Source of the DNA: an uncultured Chloroflexia bacterium
GTDB taxonomy: Bacteria; Chloroflexota; Limnocylindria; Limnocylindrales; CSP1-4
Reading direction: 5' to 3'
NCBI GenBank assembly: GCA_963828165.1
Contig: CAWHDR010000001.1
Span: forward strand, 1,888,001-1,952,000
Length of the DNA: 64,000 bases
Part shown: positions 9,128-18,976 of the stretch, piece after piece
Layout: the number at the start of each line of letters is the position of its first letter
Position numbering within the stretch: the first letter of the stretch is position 1
Translations under genes and position numbers: made by a program
Notes under the pieces: model-generated
Database searches by the model: none
What the model saw: only the letters and a program-made list of their open reading frames with translations
What the model was told of the DNA's origin: nothing

Positions 9128-11350
9128 ATGTTGATCCACCGAGCCCCGGTGATCGCGCGCTTCACGCGCAGCGACGCGACGCGTCTCGGTGTGGCCGCCG
9201 GCATCCTCGTGCTGGTCATGACCGCGATCCTCGGGGCCGACATCCTGCCCGAGGAGACCTTCCAGTACACGCCCGGCGAGATCGCCCGGACCGACATCAC
9301 GGCGCCACGCGCGACCACATTCGACAGTGAGGTCCGGACCGAGCAGGCGCGAACCGAGGCCCGCGACGCGGTACCGCCCCAGTACACCTACACGACGGAC
9401 GCGGCGATCGCGATCGCGGCGGAACAGGCCACGGCCTTCGACGCACGGGTCGACCGGGTCGATACCGCGTTCGGCGCGGACCTGACGCCCGAGGAGCGGG
9501 CCTCGTTGCTGGAGGGGGCGATCCGCAACCCGGACCTCTCGGAGGACGCCCAGGCGACCCTCGTCGGGCTGGATGCGGCCCGCTGGGCAGAGGTCCGGAC
9601 CCAGGCGGGCCAGGTGCTCCAGCGAACGTTGCTGCTCGAATTGCGCGAGACCGACGTCGCGCAGACGCGGACGCAGCTGGCTGGCAAGATGGCCGGTGGC
9701 CTCGACGCGGTCGAACGGATGCTCGCGGCCGAGCTGATCTCCCCACTCATCGTGCCGAACTCGTCGTTCGACCAGGCCCTCACCGACGGTGCCCGCGACG
9801 CGGCGGCAGCGGCCGTGGATCCGGTCCGCGTCAGCGTCGCGCAGGGCGAGATCGTCATCCCCAACGGCAAGCGACTCGACGCTGCCGACATCGAGACGAT
9901 CGACGCACTGGGCATCGGCGTTGACGCTCCGGACCTTGCGAGCTTCGCGGGCTGGTTGATGCTGTCCATCCTGGTCGTCGCGATGCTGCTGGCCTGGATC
10001 TGGCGCTTCCGCCCGACGCTCTGGCACCGCAACAACGTCATCTTCCTGATCGGCCTGCTGCTCGCCGGGACGACGCTCGCCCTCAAGATCACGGCCGGGC
10101 GCGCGATCCTCGGCTACTTCCTGCCGACGGCGGCCATCGGGATGCTGCTGGCGATCCTGCTCGACGCATCCGTCGCGACGATCGTCGTGGCGGTCATCGC
10201 GATCATCGGTGGCGCCCTCAATGGCAACTCCCTCGAGTTCGCGTCATACACCTTCCTCGGCGGCATGGCCGGCATCATCTCGGTCCGCAAGGGCGACCGG
10301 CTGCAGGTGTTCGTCCAGGCCGCGATCGCGGTCTTCGTCGTCAACATGGTCGTCGTGTCGATCTTTTCATTGCTTGGCGCGCGTGACATCCGCGGGGTCC
10401 TGGAGCTGTGGTTCGCGTCGGGGGCGGCGGCCATCGGGTCATCGGTCGCCGCGGTCGGGACCTTCGCCGTGCTCGGATCGGTGTTCGGGATCCTGACCGT
10501 CTTCCAGCTGCTGGAGCTCGCGAACCCGTCGCAGCCACTGCTGCGTCGGCTCCTGGTCGAGACGCCCGGCACGTACCACCACTCGCTGATGGTCGGGAAC
10601 CTGGCGGAACGGGCCGCCGAGGCGATCGGCGCCGATCCGCTCGTGACGCGCGTTGCCGCCTATTACCACGACGTCGGCAAGCTCTCGAACCCGCTGGCCT
10701 TCATCGAGAACCAGGCGGGCGGCGAGAATATCCACGATCAGCTGGAGCCGGAGGTGAGCGCCCAGGTCCTCAAACAGCACGTCGCCGACGGCATCGACAC
10801 CGCGTATGCCGCGAAGTTGCCGAAAGCCCTCATCGCCTACATCCCGCAACACCACGGGACCGCGATCATGAGCTACTTCTTCGCCCGGGCCCGCGAGCGA
10901 GTCGCCGAGCCGTATGGCGGCATCCTGACCGCCCAGGGCGAGAAGGCAGCCGAGGCGGTCGACGAGCGCCGGTTCCGGCACGCGGGGCCAAAGCCGCAGA
11001 GCCGCGAGGCCGCGCTGATCATGCTCGCCGACGGCGTGGAGGCATCGGTCCGATCACTGGCGGCCCGCGACGAGCCGGCGATCCGGGCGATGGTCGCGCG
11101 GATCATCGATGAGCGCATCAGCGACGGGCAGTTCGACGAGTGCGACCTGACGCTGCGAGACCTCGAACGCATCCGAAACGCCTTCGTGGAGCAGCTCCTG
11201 GGTATGTACCACACACGGATCGCGTACCCGCAGAACACCGTCGTGGAGCTGGAGTCGCGGCGAGTCGCAGCGGCTGGTGGCGGCGGCTCGGTCGGCTCCG
11301 ACGCGGGCGGTACGGGCATCGCCGGCGGAGGAGACACGCCCGCCTCGTGA
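9128..11350 (+). CDS. 7TM-HDIG family phosphohydrolase (PgpH-like cyclic di-AMP phosphodiesterase candidate)
   Basis: N-terminal TM, extracellular domain, about 7 TMs, then ETPGTYHHS, YYHDVGK, FIENQ, QHHGT and LADGVEA; next to ybeY as in other pgpH-type loci. Confidence 0.88.
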   Translation: MLIHRAPVIARFTRSDATRLGVAAGILVLVMTAILGADILPEETFQYTPGEIARTDITAPRATTFDSEVRTEQARTEARDAVPPQYTYTTDAAIAIAAEQATAFDARVDRVDTAFGADLTPEERASLLEGAIRNPDLSEDAQATLVGLDAARWAEVRTQAGQVLQRTLLLELRETDVAQTRTQLAGKMAGGLDAVERMLAAELISPLIVPNSSFDQALTDGARDAAAAAVDPVRVSVAQGEIVIPNGKRLDAADIETIDALGIGVDAPDLASFAGWLMLSILVVAMLLAWIWRFRPTLWHRNNVIFLIGLLLAGTTLALKITAGRAILGYFLPTAAIGMLLAILLDASVATIVVAVIAIIGGALNGNSLEFASYTFLGGMAGIISVRKGDRLQVFVQAAIAVFVVNMVVVSIFSLLGARDIRGVLELWFASGAAAIGSSVAAVGTFAVLGSVFGILTVFQLLELANPSQPLLRRLLVETPGTYHHSLMVGNLAERAAEAIGADPLVTRVAAYYHDVGKLSNPLAFIENQAGGENIHDQLEPEVSAQVLKQHVADGIDTAYAAKLPKALIAYIPQHHGTAIMSYFFARARERVAEPYGGILTAQGEKAAEAVDERRFRHAGPKPQSREAALIMLADGVEASVRSLAARDEPAIRAMVARIIDERISDGQFDECDLTLRDLERIRNAFVEQLLGMYHTRIAYPQNTVVELESRRVAAAGGGGSVGSDAGGTGIAGGGDTPAS

Positions 11351-11898
11351 CCCGGCCCATCTATCGACCACCGTGGCGGATCGATCTCGACGTCCGCGAC
11401 GGCGTCCAGTCGCCGCTGGGTGGCGCGATCCTGGGCAAGGTCGCGACCACCGCGCTCGAGGCGGCCGGCGCTCCCGCGCCCGCATCGATCGGGCTGATCC
11501 TGGCCGATGACGCGGAGCTTGCCCGATTGAACGCGACGCACATGGGCGTGGACGGCCCGACGGACGTGCTGTCGTTCCCGCTGGTCCCACCCGAGGTGTT
11601 CCCGCCGCATCCCGGCCGGACGACGACCCCGGGCGCCGGAGCACCGTTCTTCGCCTTGCCGCCGGGTCGCCGTCTGCATCTGGGCGACATCGTCGTGTCC
11701 GTGGAGCGGGCCATCGACCAAGCGGCGTCGGGCCGTGGCGGCCACACCGGCGACGTCCGCTGGTCCGCGGCAGACGAGCTGCGGTTGCTCGTCACTCACG
11801 GCGTCCTGCACGTCTGCGGCTGGGACCACGCCGAGCCTGACGAGGAGGCCGCGATGCGGGCGCTCGAGCGTCGCCTGCTGGGGACGACCGGGTCGTGA
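11347..11898 (+). CDS. ybeY: Endoribonuclease YbeY
   Basis: LN...PTDVLSFP, LGDIVVS and HGVLHVCGWDH zinc motif; GTGA overlap start. Confidence 0.93.
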   Translation: MTRPIYRPPWRIDLDVRDGVQSPLGGAILGKVATTALEAAGAPAPASIGLILADDAELARLNATHMGVDGPTDVLSFPLVPPEVFPPHPGRTTTPGAGAPFFALPPGRRLHLGDIVVSVERAIDQAASGRGGHTGDVRWSAADELRLLVTHGVLHVCGWDHAEPDEEAAMRALERRLLGTTGS

Positions 11899-11945
11899 TC
11901 AGGGGCCGGGCAACCATCCCCGGGGTCCCGGCGTCGAAGCGAACG

Positions 11946-12695
11946 ATGCTGCGAAGTCTGGCCCTTGCGGTGCTCCTGGCGCCGATCGCCCTGGCCGGTT
12001 GCGACGCCGCGACGCCAGCGGCCACCGAAGCCGTGTCCGAGGCCCCGAGCTTGGGCGAGATGCGATACTCGTGCGACGGGCCGCCGGGCTTCCTGCCCAG
12101 CCTCCTCGATGAGCCGGCCAACGCCGAGACGGAGGACCATCCATCGGCGATCGCGTTGCGCACGGCCGTGGCCGGGGGAGGCCAAGATCTTGACATGCTC
12201 CCCGCGTCCGGCTACTGGCTCGCAAGCCGCGACGAGCGCGTGGCCGAGTACGTCGCGCGTGAGCCGGCCGGCGCCGAGCCAGCGTTCGTGTCCGCGACCT
12301 TCGAGAACCAGGGCGGTGCGTGGAAGCTCGTCGGGTGGGGGCAGTGCCGCCCCAGGATCGTCCTCGAGGGGTTCAGCCCGGCGACATGGACCCTCGACCC
12401 CGATGACGCCGCACCAGCGCCCGATACGAGGACCTTCACCGCGCTCGTCATGGAGACGGCCTGCAACGACGGCCAGCCGATGGGCGCGCGACTCCTGCCA
12501 CCGTCGATCACGTACGGCCCGGACGCCGTGCTCGTCGTCTTCGCCGCGCACGAGCGGGTCGGGGACGGGATCGTCACCTGCCCGGGCAACCCCTCCACTC
12601 GCGTCATGGTGGAGCTGCGCGAGGCGCTCGGCGATCGGCGCCTGCTCGACGCGGGCGTGTTCCCTCCAGCGGTGCCCGTCGCGCCTGAGTCCTGA
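11946..12695 (+). CDS. Putative Cys-containing lipoprotein
   Basis: MLRSLALAVLLAPIALAGC lipobox; WGQC, ETACNDG and CPGNP motifs; alternative start 11895. Confidence 0.7.
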   Translation: MLRSLALAVLLAPIALAGCDAATPAATEAVSEAPSLGEMRYSCDGPPGFLPSLLDEPANAETEDHPSAIALRTAVAGGGQDLDMLPASGYWLASRDERVAEYVAREPAGAEPAFVSATFENQGGAWKLVGWGQCRPRIVLEGFSPATWTLDPDDAAPAPDTRTFTALVMETACNDGQPMGARLLPPSITYGPDAVLVVFAAHERVGDGIVTCPGNPSTRVMVELREALGDRRLLDAGVFPPAVPVAPES

Positions 12696-12824
12696 CCGCC
12701 GTCCGGCGCGTCCGCGGCCAGCCGGGTACCATCCTCCATCGGCCCTCCCGCCGGTTGCCCACGCGACGTTCGCGTCGCGACCGGCCGGGATTCGGGCCAC
12801 ATCGTGCTGTCCGTGGAGGAATCG

Positions 12825-13520
12825 TTGAAGGTCGTCGTCGGTCTCGGGAACCCCGGTTCGCAGTACGCCGGGACCCGCCACAACATCGGCTGGCTGGTCA
12901 TGGATCGGCTCGCCGAGCGGGCTGGCTGGGATGGCCGTGGGCGCCGGCGCGACAACTCCGACGTCGTCGGTGGGCGCTACCGCAGCCTCGACTTGACCCT
13001 CGTCAAGCCGCTGACCTACATGAACGAGTCTGGCCTGGCGGTCCGCAAGGTCCTGCAGCGCGAGCACGCTCCCCTGGGGGACCTGCTCATCGTCGCGGAC
13101 GACTTCGCCCTACCGTTCGGGAAGCTGCGCTTCCGCGAGGCGGGCAGCCACGGTGGGCACAACGGCCTGCGCTCGATCATCGACGAGCTCGGGACCGAGA
13201 AGTTCAGCCGCCTGCGCGTGGGGATCGGCGATCCGGCCCGCAACGGGCGCGACCACGTCCTCTCGAAGTTCGCTCCGGACGAGGTCCAGCGCCTCGACGA
13301 GCTGCTCGACGCGGCCGCTGATGCGGTCGAAGGCTGGGCGCGGGACGGCACGAGCAAGGCGTCCAACCGCTTCAACACGTTCCAGCTGCGCGAAGCCGAC
13401 GCGGATCGGCTCGCGGCGCCCGGCGAAGTCGACGGACCGCCGGACGAGACCGGGGTCCGCCGCACGAAGACCGGATGGCGTCGCGTCCTGCAGCGCAAGG
13501 ACAGGTCGGCCGATGCCTGA
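12825..13520 (+). CDS. pth: Peptidyl-tRNA hydrolase with C-terminal extension
   Basis: TTG start after SD GGAGGA; VGLGNPG, TRHNIG, KPLTYMNESG, GGHNGLRSI and RLRVGIG motifs. Confidence 0.96.
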   Translation: MKVVVGLGNPGSQYAGTRHNIGWLVMDRLAERAGWDGRGRRRDNSDVVGGRYRSLDLTLVKPLTYMNESGLAVRKVLQREHAPLGDLLIVADDFALPFGKLRFREAGSHGGHNGLRSIIDELGTEKFSRLRVGIGDPARNGRDHVLSKFAPDEVQRLDELLDAAADAVEGWARDGTSKASNRFNTFQLREADADRLAAPGEVDGPPDETGVRRTKTGWRRVLQRKDRSADA

Positions 13521-16500
13521 ATCGACCACGCCGCCCCTGCGCGGCCGTCGCGGGCGGGACCGTCGCATCGCCGAGCAGGTCGCCAAGGAGTTCGCGGCCC
13601 GCCACCCCCGGGTCAGGGACGAGGACGCCGTCGACTTCGACATCGGCGCGGTCGACGCGGAGGTCGAGGACGCGCGGACGCGCGGAGGCTCCTGCCGGGC
13701 AAGCCGCCGCAGAAGGCCCGACGGTCCGCCGCCGCCCGCCAGGGCGCGACCGGATCGGCGCCTCGCCCGGGCGCAGGCCACCGACTGCCGGACCTCGCCG
13801 GGCTGCCGCCGTTGCTCGCGGCGACAGGCACGTTCGGTGCGTTGCGAGAACGACTCGGGAGCCCGGCCGACATCGGACGCGTCGGGCGACACGCCGGGCT
13901 CGTTGCCGTCCCGCACGGTGCAAAGTCGTACCTGGCGGCCGCCATCGCGATCGGCGAGCCACTCGTCTGGATCGCCCGTGACGCCGAGATCGGCGACCGC
14001 GTGGCCGAGGAGCTGGGCGCCTGGTTGGGCGACGCGGCCGCGGTCGCGGTCCTGGAGCCGCGGACGGCCCTGGCATACGAGCGTAGCGAGCTCGTGGCCG
14101 ACGAGACCGCGGCCCGGGTCGCCGCGCTGGCCGCATGGCGAAGCGGCCGCGCTCGCGTGCTGGTCGCCAGCGTCCAGGCGCTGCTCCAGCACACGATCGC
14201 GCCCGACGATCTGCCCGCCGAGCCCCGGGAGCTGCGCGTCGGCGCCCGGCTCCACCAGGACCAGCTCCTGCGCGACCTGTTCGACCTCGGCTACTCGCCG
14301 GTCACGGAGGTCGCCGGGCGTGGCGAGTTCGCGCGGCGGGGCGGCATCGTGGACGTCTTCCCGCCATCGATGGAGCTCCCGATCCGGATCGAGTTCTTCG
14401 GTGACGAGATCGACTCATTGCGGGCCTTCGATCCGACGGACCAGCGGACGACCGGGGAGGTCGAGCGGATCGTCCTCCTGCCCGCGTCGGAGTTCCTGCT
14501 CCCGACCGGGGGCGTGGCCGCGATCCGCGAGCGGCTCGGCAAGGCGGTGTCCCGCCTTGGCGAGCGGCTCGGGGACGGACCTCGCTCGCTTCGAAGGCTC
14601 GGCGGATGACCCGCTCCGTCCGGTTGCGGCCGGCGCATCGCGGGCGATGGCCGTCGGCGACGCGGCCGAGGTCTGGGCCGCCCAGCTGGCGCCCGCGACC
14701 GCGCTCGATCACGTAGACCCGGGGACGCTGCTCGTGCTCGACGAGCCGGCCGATCTCGCCGAAGCCGCTGCGTTCCTGTGGCGCCAGGCCGATGAGCGTC
14801 GGGCGGAGCTGGTGGAAGCCGGCGAGCTGACGAAGGACTGGCCGTCGACCTACCTTCCCCCGCGAGATTGGAAGAGCCGGCTCGTCGGGTCGCGGACCCT
14901 CGAGCTGACATGGGAATCCGAACCACCGGCCGATGTGGCGATGGCGTCGCGGGGGAGGAGCTCGGGCGACATGTTCGGCTGGCGGGAGCCGATGCTGCCG
15001 CTCGGTCGAGCGACGCGCCTCGACGAGGCGGTCACCCGCTGGGCGGCGGACGGCGGCCGCATCGTGCTCGCCTCGGACCAGGCGCCGCGGCTGGCCGAGA
15101 TCCTCGAGGAAGCTGGCCACCCGGTCGCCGTCGTCGAGCGGATCGAGGCGCCGCCACCGCCGGGCGCGATCGCGCTGGTCGGACGCAGCCTGAACGGCGG
15201 GTTCGTGGGCGGGCCCGACGGTCTCGCCTTCGTCACCGACCGCGAGCTGTTCGGGACCGTTCGCGTCCGCCGGCCGAAGGCGCTCCGACGGGTCGTCCCA
15301 CGCGACATCCTCGAGCGACTCTCACCGGGTGACCTCGTGGTCCACATCGATCACGGCGTCGCGCGTTATGAGCAGATGCTGCGTCGCGGCGGGGAGGGGG
15401 AGGAGCGCGACTACCTCGAGCTGTCGTTCGCCGGCGGCGACCGGATCTTCGTGCCGGTCGAGCAGATCGCGCGGGTCACGCGCTACGCCGGCGGGGAGCG
15501 GCCACAGCTCAGCAAGCTCGGTGGCGCCGAGTGGCTGCGCGCCAAGCAGCGGGTCCGCAAGGCGGTCGCGGATCTCGCTGACGAGCTGCTGGCCCTGTAC
15601 GCGACGCGGACGGCCGCCCAGGGCCACGCCTTCAACGACGACACGCCGTGGCAGGGGGAGATGGAGGCGTCGTTCCCGTACGAGGAGACCATCGACCAGC
15701 TGCGGGCCTCGGCGGAGATGAAGGCCGACATGGAACGTCAGCAGCCGATGGACCGACTCGTCGTCGGCGACGTGGGCTACGGCAAGACCGAGGTGGCGTT
15801 GCGCGGCGCCTTCAAGGCGACCCAGGACGGGAAGCAAGTCGCGGTGCTCGTGCCGACGACCGTGCTCGCCGCCCAGCACCACGCGACGTTCAGCCAGCGG
15901 TTCGCCGCCTTCCCGCTGGAGGTCCGGATCCTCTCGAGGTTCGTCTCGGCCAAGGAGCAGGCGGCCACGATCGACGGCCTGGCCGACGGCACGGTGGACA
16001 TCGTCATCGGCACCCACCGCCTGCTCAGCAAGGACGTGCAGTTCAAGGACCTCGGCCTCGTCGTCGTGGATGAGGAGCAGCGGTTCGGGGTCGCCGCCAA
16101 GGAGAAGCTCAAGCAGCTCCGCCGCGAGGTCGACGTCCTCACGTTGTCGGCGACGCCGATCCCGCGGACGCTGAACCTGGCGATGGCCGGGATCCGCGAC
16201 CTCAGCGTCATCGAGACGCCCCCGGAGGACCGCCTGCCGATCCAGACCCGCGTCGCCGAGGCTTCCGCCGGACTGGTCCGCGACGCGATCCTGCGCGAGC
16301 TCGACCGTGGCGGCCAGGTGTTCTACGTGCACAACCGGGTCGAGACGATCGAGGCCCAGGCCGAGCAGTTGCGACGCCTGCTTCCCGACGCGCGCTTCGT
16401 CGTCGGGCACGGGCAGATGCCCGAAGGCGCCCTCGAGAAGGTCATGATCGCCTTCGCCGACGGAGCGGCGGACGTGCTCGTGTGCACGACGATCATCGAG

Positions 16501-17349
16501 TCGGGCCTGGATATCCCGAACGCGAACACCATCATCATCGATCGCGCGGACACGCTCGGGTTGGCGCAGCTCTACCAGCTCCGCGGGCGAGTCGGCCGGT
16601 CGTCGCGACGGGCCTACGCATACCTGCTCTATCGACGCCGCGAGCGCCTGTCGGACGAGGCGCGCAAGCGGCTGCAGGCCATCTTCAACGCCTCCGAGCT
16701 CGGGGCGGGCTTCCAGATCGCGCTGTCCGACCTCGAGATCCGGGGAGCCGGCAACATCCTGGGCGGAGAGCAATCGGGCCACATGGCCGCCGTCGGATTC
16801 GACCTCTACTCGCGGATGCTCGCGGAGGCGGTCGAGGGACAGAAGGCGCACCGTGAGGGCCGCACCCCGACCGTCGAGGCGCCGCAGGCCGTGGTCGACC
16901 TGCCGATCGACGCGCACCTGCCCGACGACTACGTCCCCGACGAGGCCCAGAAGCTCGAGCTGTATCGACGCCTCGCCAAGGCCCGTACGGCCGGCGACAT
17001 CGCGGCGTTCCGGGGGGAGGTCACGGACCGGTTTGGCCCGATGCCGACCCCGGTCACGCGCCTCATCGAGGTGGCCGAGCTGCGGCTGGCCGCGGAAGCT
17101 GCGGGCATCGGCTCGATCTCCCGCGAGGAGGGGTGGCTTGTCGTGCGCTTCGGCGCGTCCCTGACCCGTTCCGCCGCCATGCGTTTGCTCGGCGACGGCG
17201 GGCTGCCCGGGGTCAGGCCGTCGGACGTCACGTTCGCGAGCAATCAGGTCCGCATCCGGGCCCCGCAAGCGGCCAAGGCCTGGCAACTGACCCAGGCGGT
17301 CGTGGCACGACTGGGCGTGCAGCACGACGCCGAGGTCACGGTCGGCTAG
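13513..17349 (+). CDS. mfd: Transcription-repair coupling factor, with two compensating frameshifts near 13683 and 14572
   Basis: The UvrB-homology segment (GEFARRGGIVDVFP, RIEFFGDEIDSLRAFDP) is in the frame of ORF 13812..14609. CarD/RID (DLVVHIDHG), helicase motifs (GDVGYGKT, DEEQRFG, SATPIPRT, QLRGRVGR) and TRCF domain are in the frame of ORF 13153..17349. Confidence 0.93.
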   Translation: MPESTTPPLRGRRGRDRRIAEQVAKEFAARHPRVRDEDAVDFDIGAVDAEVEDARTRGGSCRASRRRRPDGPPPPARARPDRRLARAQATDCRTSPGCRRCSRRQARSVRCENDSGARPTSDASGDTPGSLPSRTVQSRTWRPPSRSASHSSGSPVTPRSATAWPRSWAPGWATRPRSRSWSRGRPWHTSVASSWPTRPRPGSPRWPHGEAAALACWSPASRRCSSTRSRPTICPPSPGSCASAPGSTRTSSCATCSTSATRRSRRSPGVASSRGGAASWTSSRHRWSSRSGSSSSVTRSTHCGPSIRRTSGRPGRSSGSSSCPRRSSCSRPGAWPRSASGSARRCPALASGSGTDLARFEGSADDPLRPVAAGASRAMAVGDAAEVWAAQLAPATALDHVDPGTLLVLDEPADLAEAAAFLWRQADERRAELVEAGELTKDWPSTYLPPRDWKSRLVGSRTLELTWESEPPADVAMASRGRSSGDMFGWREPMLPLGRATRLDEAVTRWAADGGRIVLASDQAPRLAEILEEAGHPVAVVERIEAPPPPGAIALVGRSLNGGFVGGPDGLAFVTDRELFGTVRVRRPKALRRVVPRDILERLSPGDLVVHIDHGVARYEQMLRRGGEGEERDYLELSFAGGDRIFVPVEQIARVTRYAGGERPQLSKLGGAEWLRAKQRVRKAVADLADELLALYATRTAAQGHAFNDDTPWQGEMEASFPYEETIDQLRASAEMKADMERQQPMDRLVVGDVGYGKTEVALRGAFKATQDGKQVAVLVPTTVLAAQHHATFSQRFAAFPLEVRILSRFVSAKEQAATIDGLADGTVDIVIGTHRLLSKDVQFKDLGLVVVDEEQRFGVAAKEKLKQLRREVDVLTLSATPIPRTLNLAMAGIRDLSVIETPPEDRLPIQTRVAEASAGLVRDAILRELDRGGQVFYVHNRVETIEAQAEQLRRLLPDARFVVGHGQMPEGALEKVMIAFADGAADVLVCTTIIESGLDIPNANTIIIDRADTLGLAQLYQLRGRVGRSSRRAYAYLLYRRRERLSDEARKRLQAIFNASELGAGFQIALSDLEIRGAGNILGGEQSGHMAAVGFDLYSRMLAEAVEGQKAHREGRTPTVEAPQAVVDLPIDAHLPDDYVPDEAQKLELYRRLAKARTAGDIAAFRGEVTDRFGPMPTPVTRLIEVAELRLAAEAAGIGSISREEGWLVVRFGASLTRSAAMRLLGDGGLPGVRPSDVTFASNQVRIRAPQAAKAWQLTQAVVARLGVQHDAEVTVG

Positions 17350-17396
17350 TCGGGCGCCCCGCGCCAGCGGACGTCCGTCGGTGGCAGACTTGGACC

Positions 17397-18845
17397 ATGT
17401 CACTGAGCCAAGACCCGGAGCGCCCCGGGCGCACCGCGGGACCCGTCGATGATGGCCGCGGCCTGTGGACAGCGGGTCGCCGGAACCTCACCGTGGGGCT
17501 CGTCCTTACCGTCACCCTGGTCGCGTTCGAGGCGCTCGCCGTCTCGACCATCATGCCGATCGTGGCGCGCGAGCTCGGCAATCTCGAGCTCTACGGCTGG
17601 GTCTTCACGTCGTTCATGCTCGGTTCGCTCATCGGCATCGTGGTGGTCGGCGGCATCATCGATCGGCGCGGGCTGGGTCTGCCCTTCGCAGTCGGCATCG
17701 CGCTCTTCGCCATCGGGCTCATCATCGGCGGCCTGGCGCCATCGATGGAGGTCCTCGTCGGCGGGCGCTTCCTGCAGGGACTCGGGGCCGGCACCGTCCC
17801 ACCGATCGCATACGTCGCGATCGGTCGCAGCCTTCCGGAGCGGCTCCGGCCGCAGATGTTCGCGACGCTCTCGACGGCCTGGGTGCTGCCCGGCGTCCTG
17901 GGGCCGGCCGTCGCGGGTGCGGTCGGCGAGTCCATCGGGTGGCGCTGGGTGTTCCTTGGCCTGCTCCCGCTCATCGCGATCTCGTCCGGGATCGCCTATC
18001 CGCAGGTACGGCGGGTCGGGCCGGGGGCGCCGTCCGCGACCGCCGCGACGCTGCGCGAACGGCTCCCGTTGGCCCTCGTCGTCGCCGTCGGGACCGGGCT
18101 CCTGCTCGGCGGCCTGACCAGCGGTCAGCCGGTGATGCTGATCGTGCTGGGAACGATCGGCGCTGTCCTGGCGATCATCGCCCTGCGGCGGCTGACGCCA
18201 CCGGGCACCCTGCGCGCCGCACGCGGGATGCCGGCGGCCGTCCTGATCCGCGGCATCATCACCTTCGCGTTCTTCGCCGTCGACGCCTACATCGCGCTGG
18301 CCCTGATCGAGTGGCGCGGACTCAGCGCCACCGAGGCCGGCATCAGCCTGACCGCCGCGACGCTCACCTGGACCACGGGCTCGTGGATCCAGGCCCGCCT
18401 CTCATCGCGCTTCCCGCCGGAGCGGTTCGTGCAGGCCGGGATCGCTGTCCTCATCGCCGGCCTCACGACGTTCCTCGTGGTCCTGTATCCCCAGTTCTCG
18501 CCATGGATGGCGATCCCGACGGTGGGCCTGGCCGGCCTTGGGATGGGCCTTGCCTACTCCCCGCTGGCGCTGATCGTCCTGCGCGAGGCGTCGGGCGCCG
18601 AGCAGGGCAGAGCCTCGTCGGCGTTGTCGCTCACGGATTCGCTCGGGACGGCCCTGGGGACGGGAATCACAGGGGCGGCCGTGGCGGCGGCGGTCCGGGA
18701 CGCCGGGACGCCGTTCCGCGGCCTGCTGGTCGGCTTCGCCGTCGCGATCGCGGTGGCGATGCTCGGGCTGATCCTCAGCAGCCGGCTGCGGGTCGCGGCG
18801 CGGCCGGCCACGTCCACGAGCGCCGTTCCGGTCACCGGCCCCTGA
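17397..18845 (+). CDS. MFS transporter (DHA2-like)
   Basis: About 14 hydrophobic helices; AFEALAVSTIMP, GGIIDRRG and GRFLQGLG motifs; CAGACT 6 nt upstream of ATG 17397. Confidence 0.88.
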   Translation: MSLSQDPERPGRTAGPVDDGRGLWTAGRRNLTVGLVLTVTLVAFEALAVSTIMPIVARELGNLELYGWVFTSFMLGSLIGIVVVGGIIDRRGLGLPFAVGIALFAIGLIIGGLAPSMEVLVGGRFLQGLGAGTVPPIAYVAIGRSLPERLRPQMFATLSTAWVLPGVLGPAVAGAVGESIGWRWVFLGLLPLIAISSGIAYPQVRRVGPGAPSATAATLRERLPLALVVAVGTGLLLGGLTSGQPVMLIVLGTIGAVLAIIALRRLTPPGTLRAARGMPAAVLIRGIITFAFFAVDAYIALALIEWRGLSATEAGISLTAATLTWTTGSWIQARLSSRFPPERFVQAGIAVLIAGLTTFLVVLYPQFSPWMAIPTVGLAGLGMGLAYSPLALIVLREASGAEQGRASSALSLTDSLGTALGTGITGAAVAAAVRDAGTPFRGLLVGFAVAIAVAMLGLILSSRLRVAARPATSTSAVPVTGP

Positions 18846-18976
18846 GCGTGCGGCGGCCCAGTTCGCCTGCGGTAGACTTTCCGCTGGCCCGGGGGTCGTT
18901 CGCCCACCCCCATCCCGTCGCCATCACCCCGCATCACGACCGTCCATCCACCGACCCGCTCCGAGGTCTCCAGCCG

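Noticed and set aside
13680-14575. Programmed ribosomal frameshifting in mfd
   Set aside because: No slippery heptamer at either site; the indels sit in short G/C runs, and similar indels elsewhere in the window point to sequencing error.
18846-18976. Possible SAH or purine riboswitch before the apt-mtnA-ahcY operon
   Set aside because: C-rich leader after a TAGACT box with no recognisable aptamer core.
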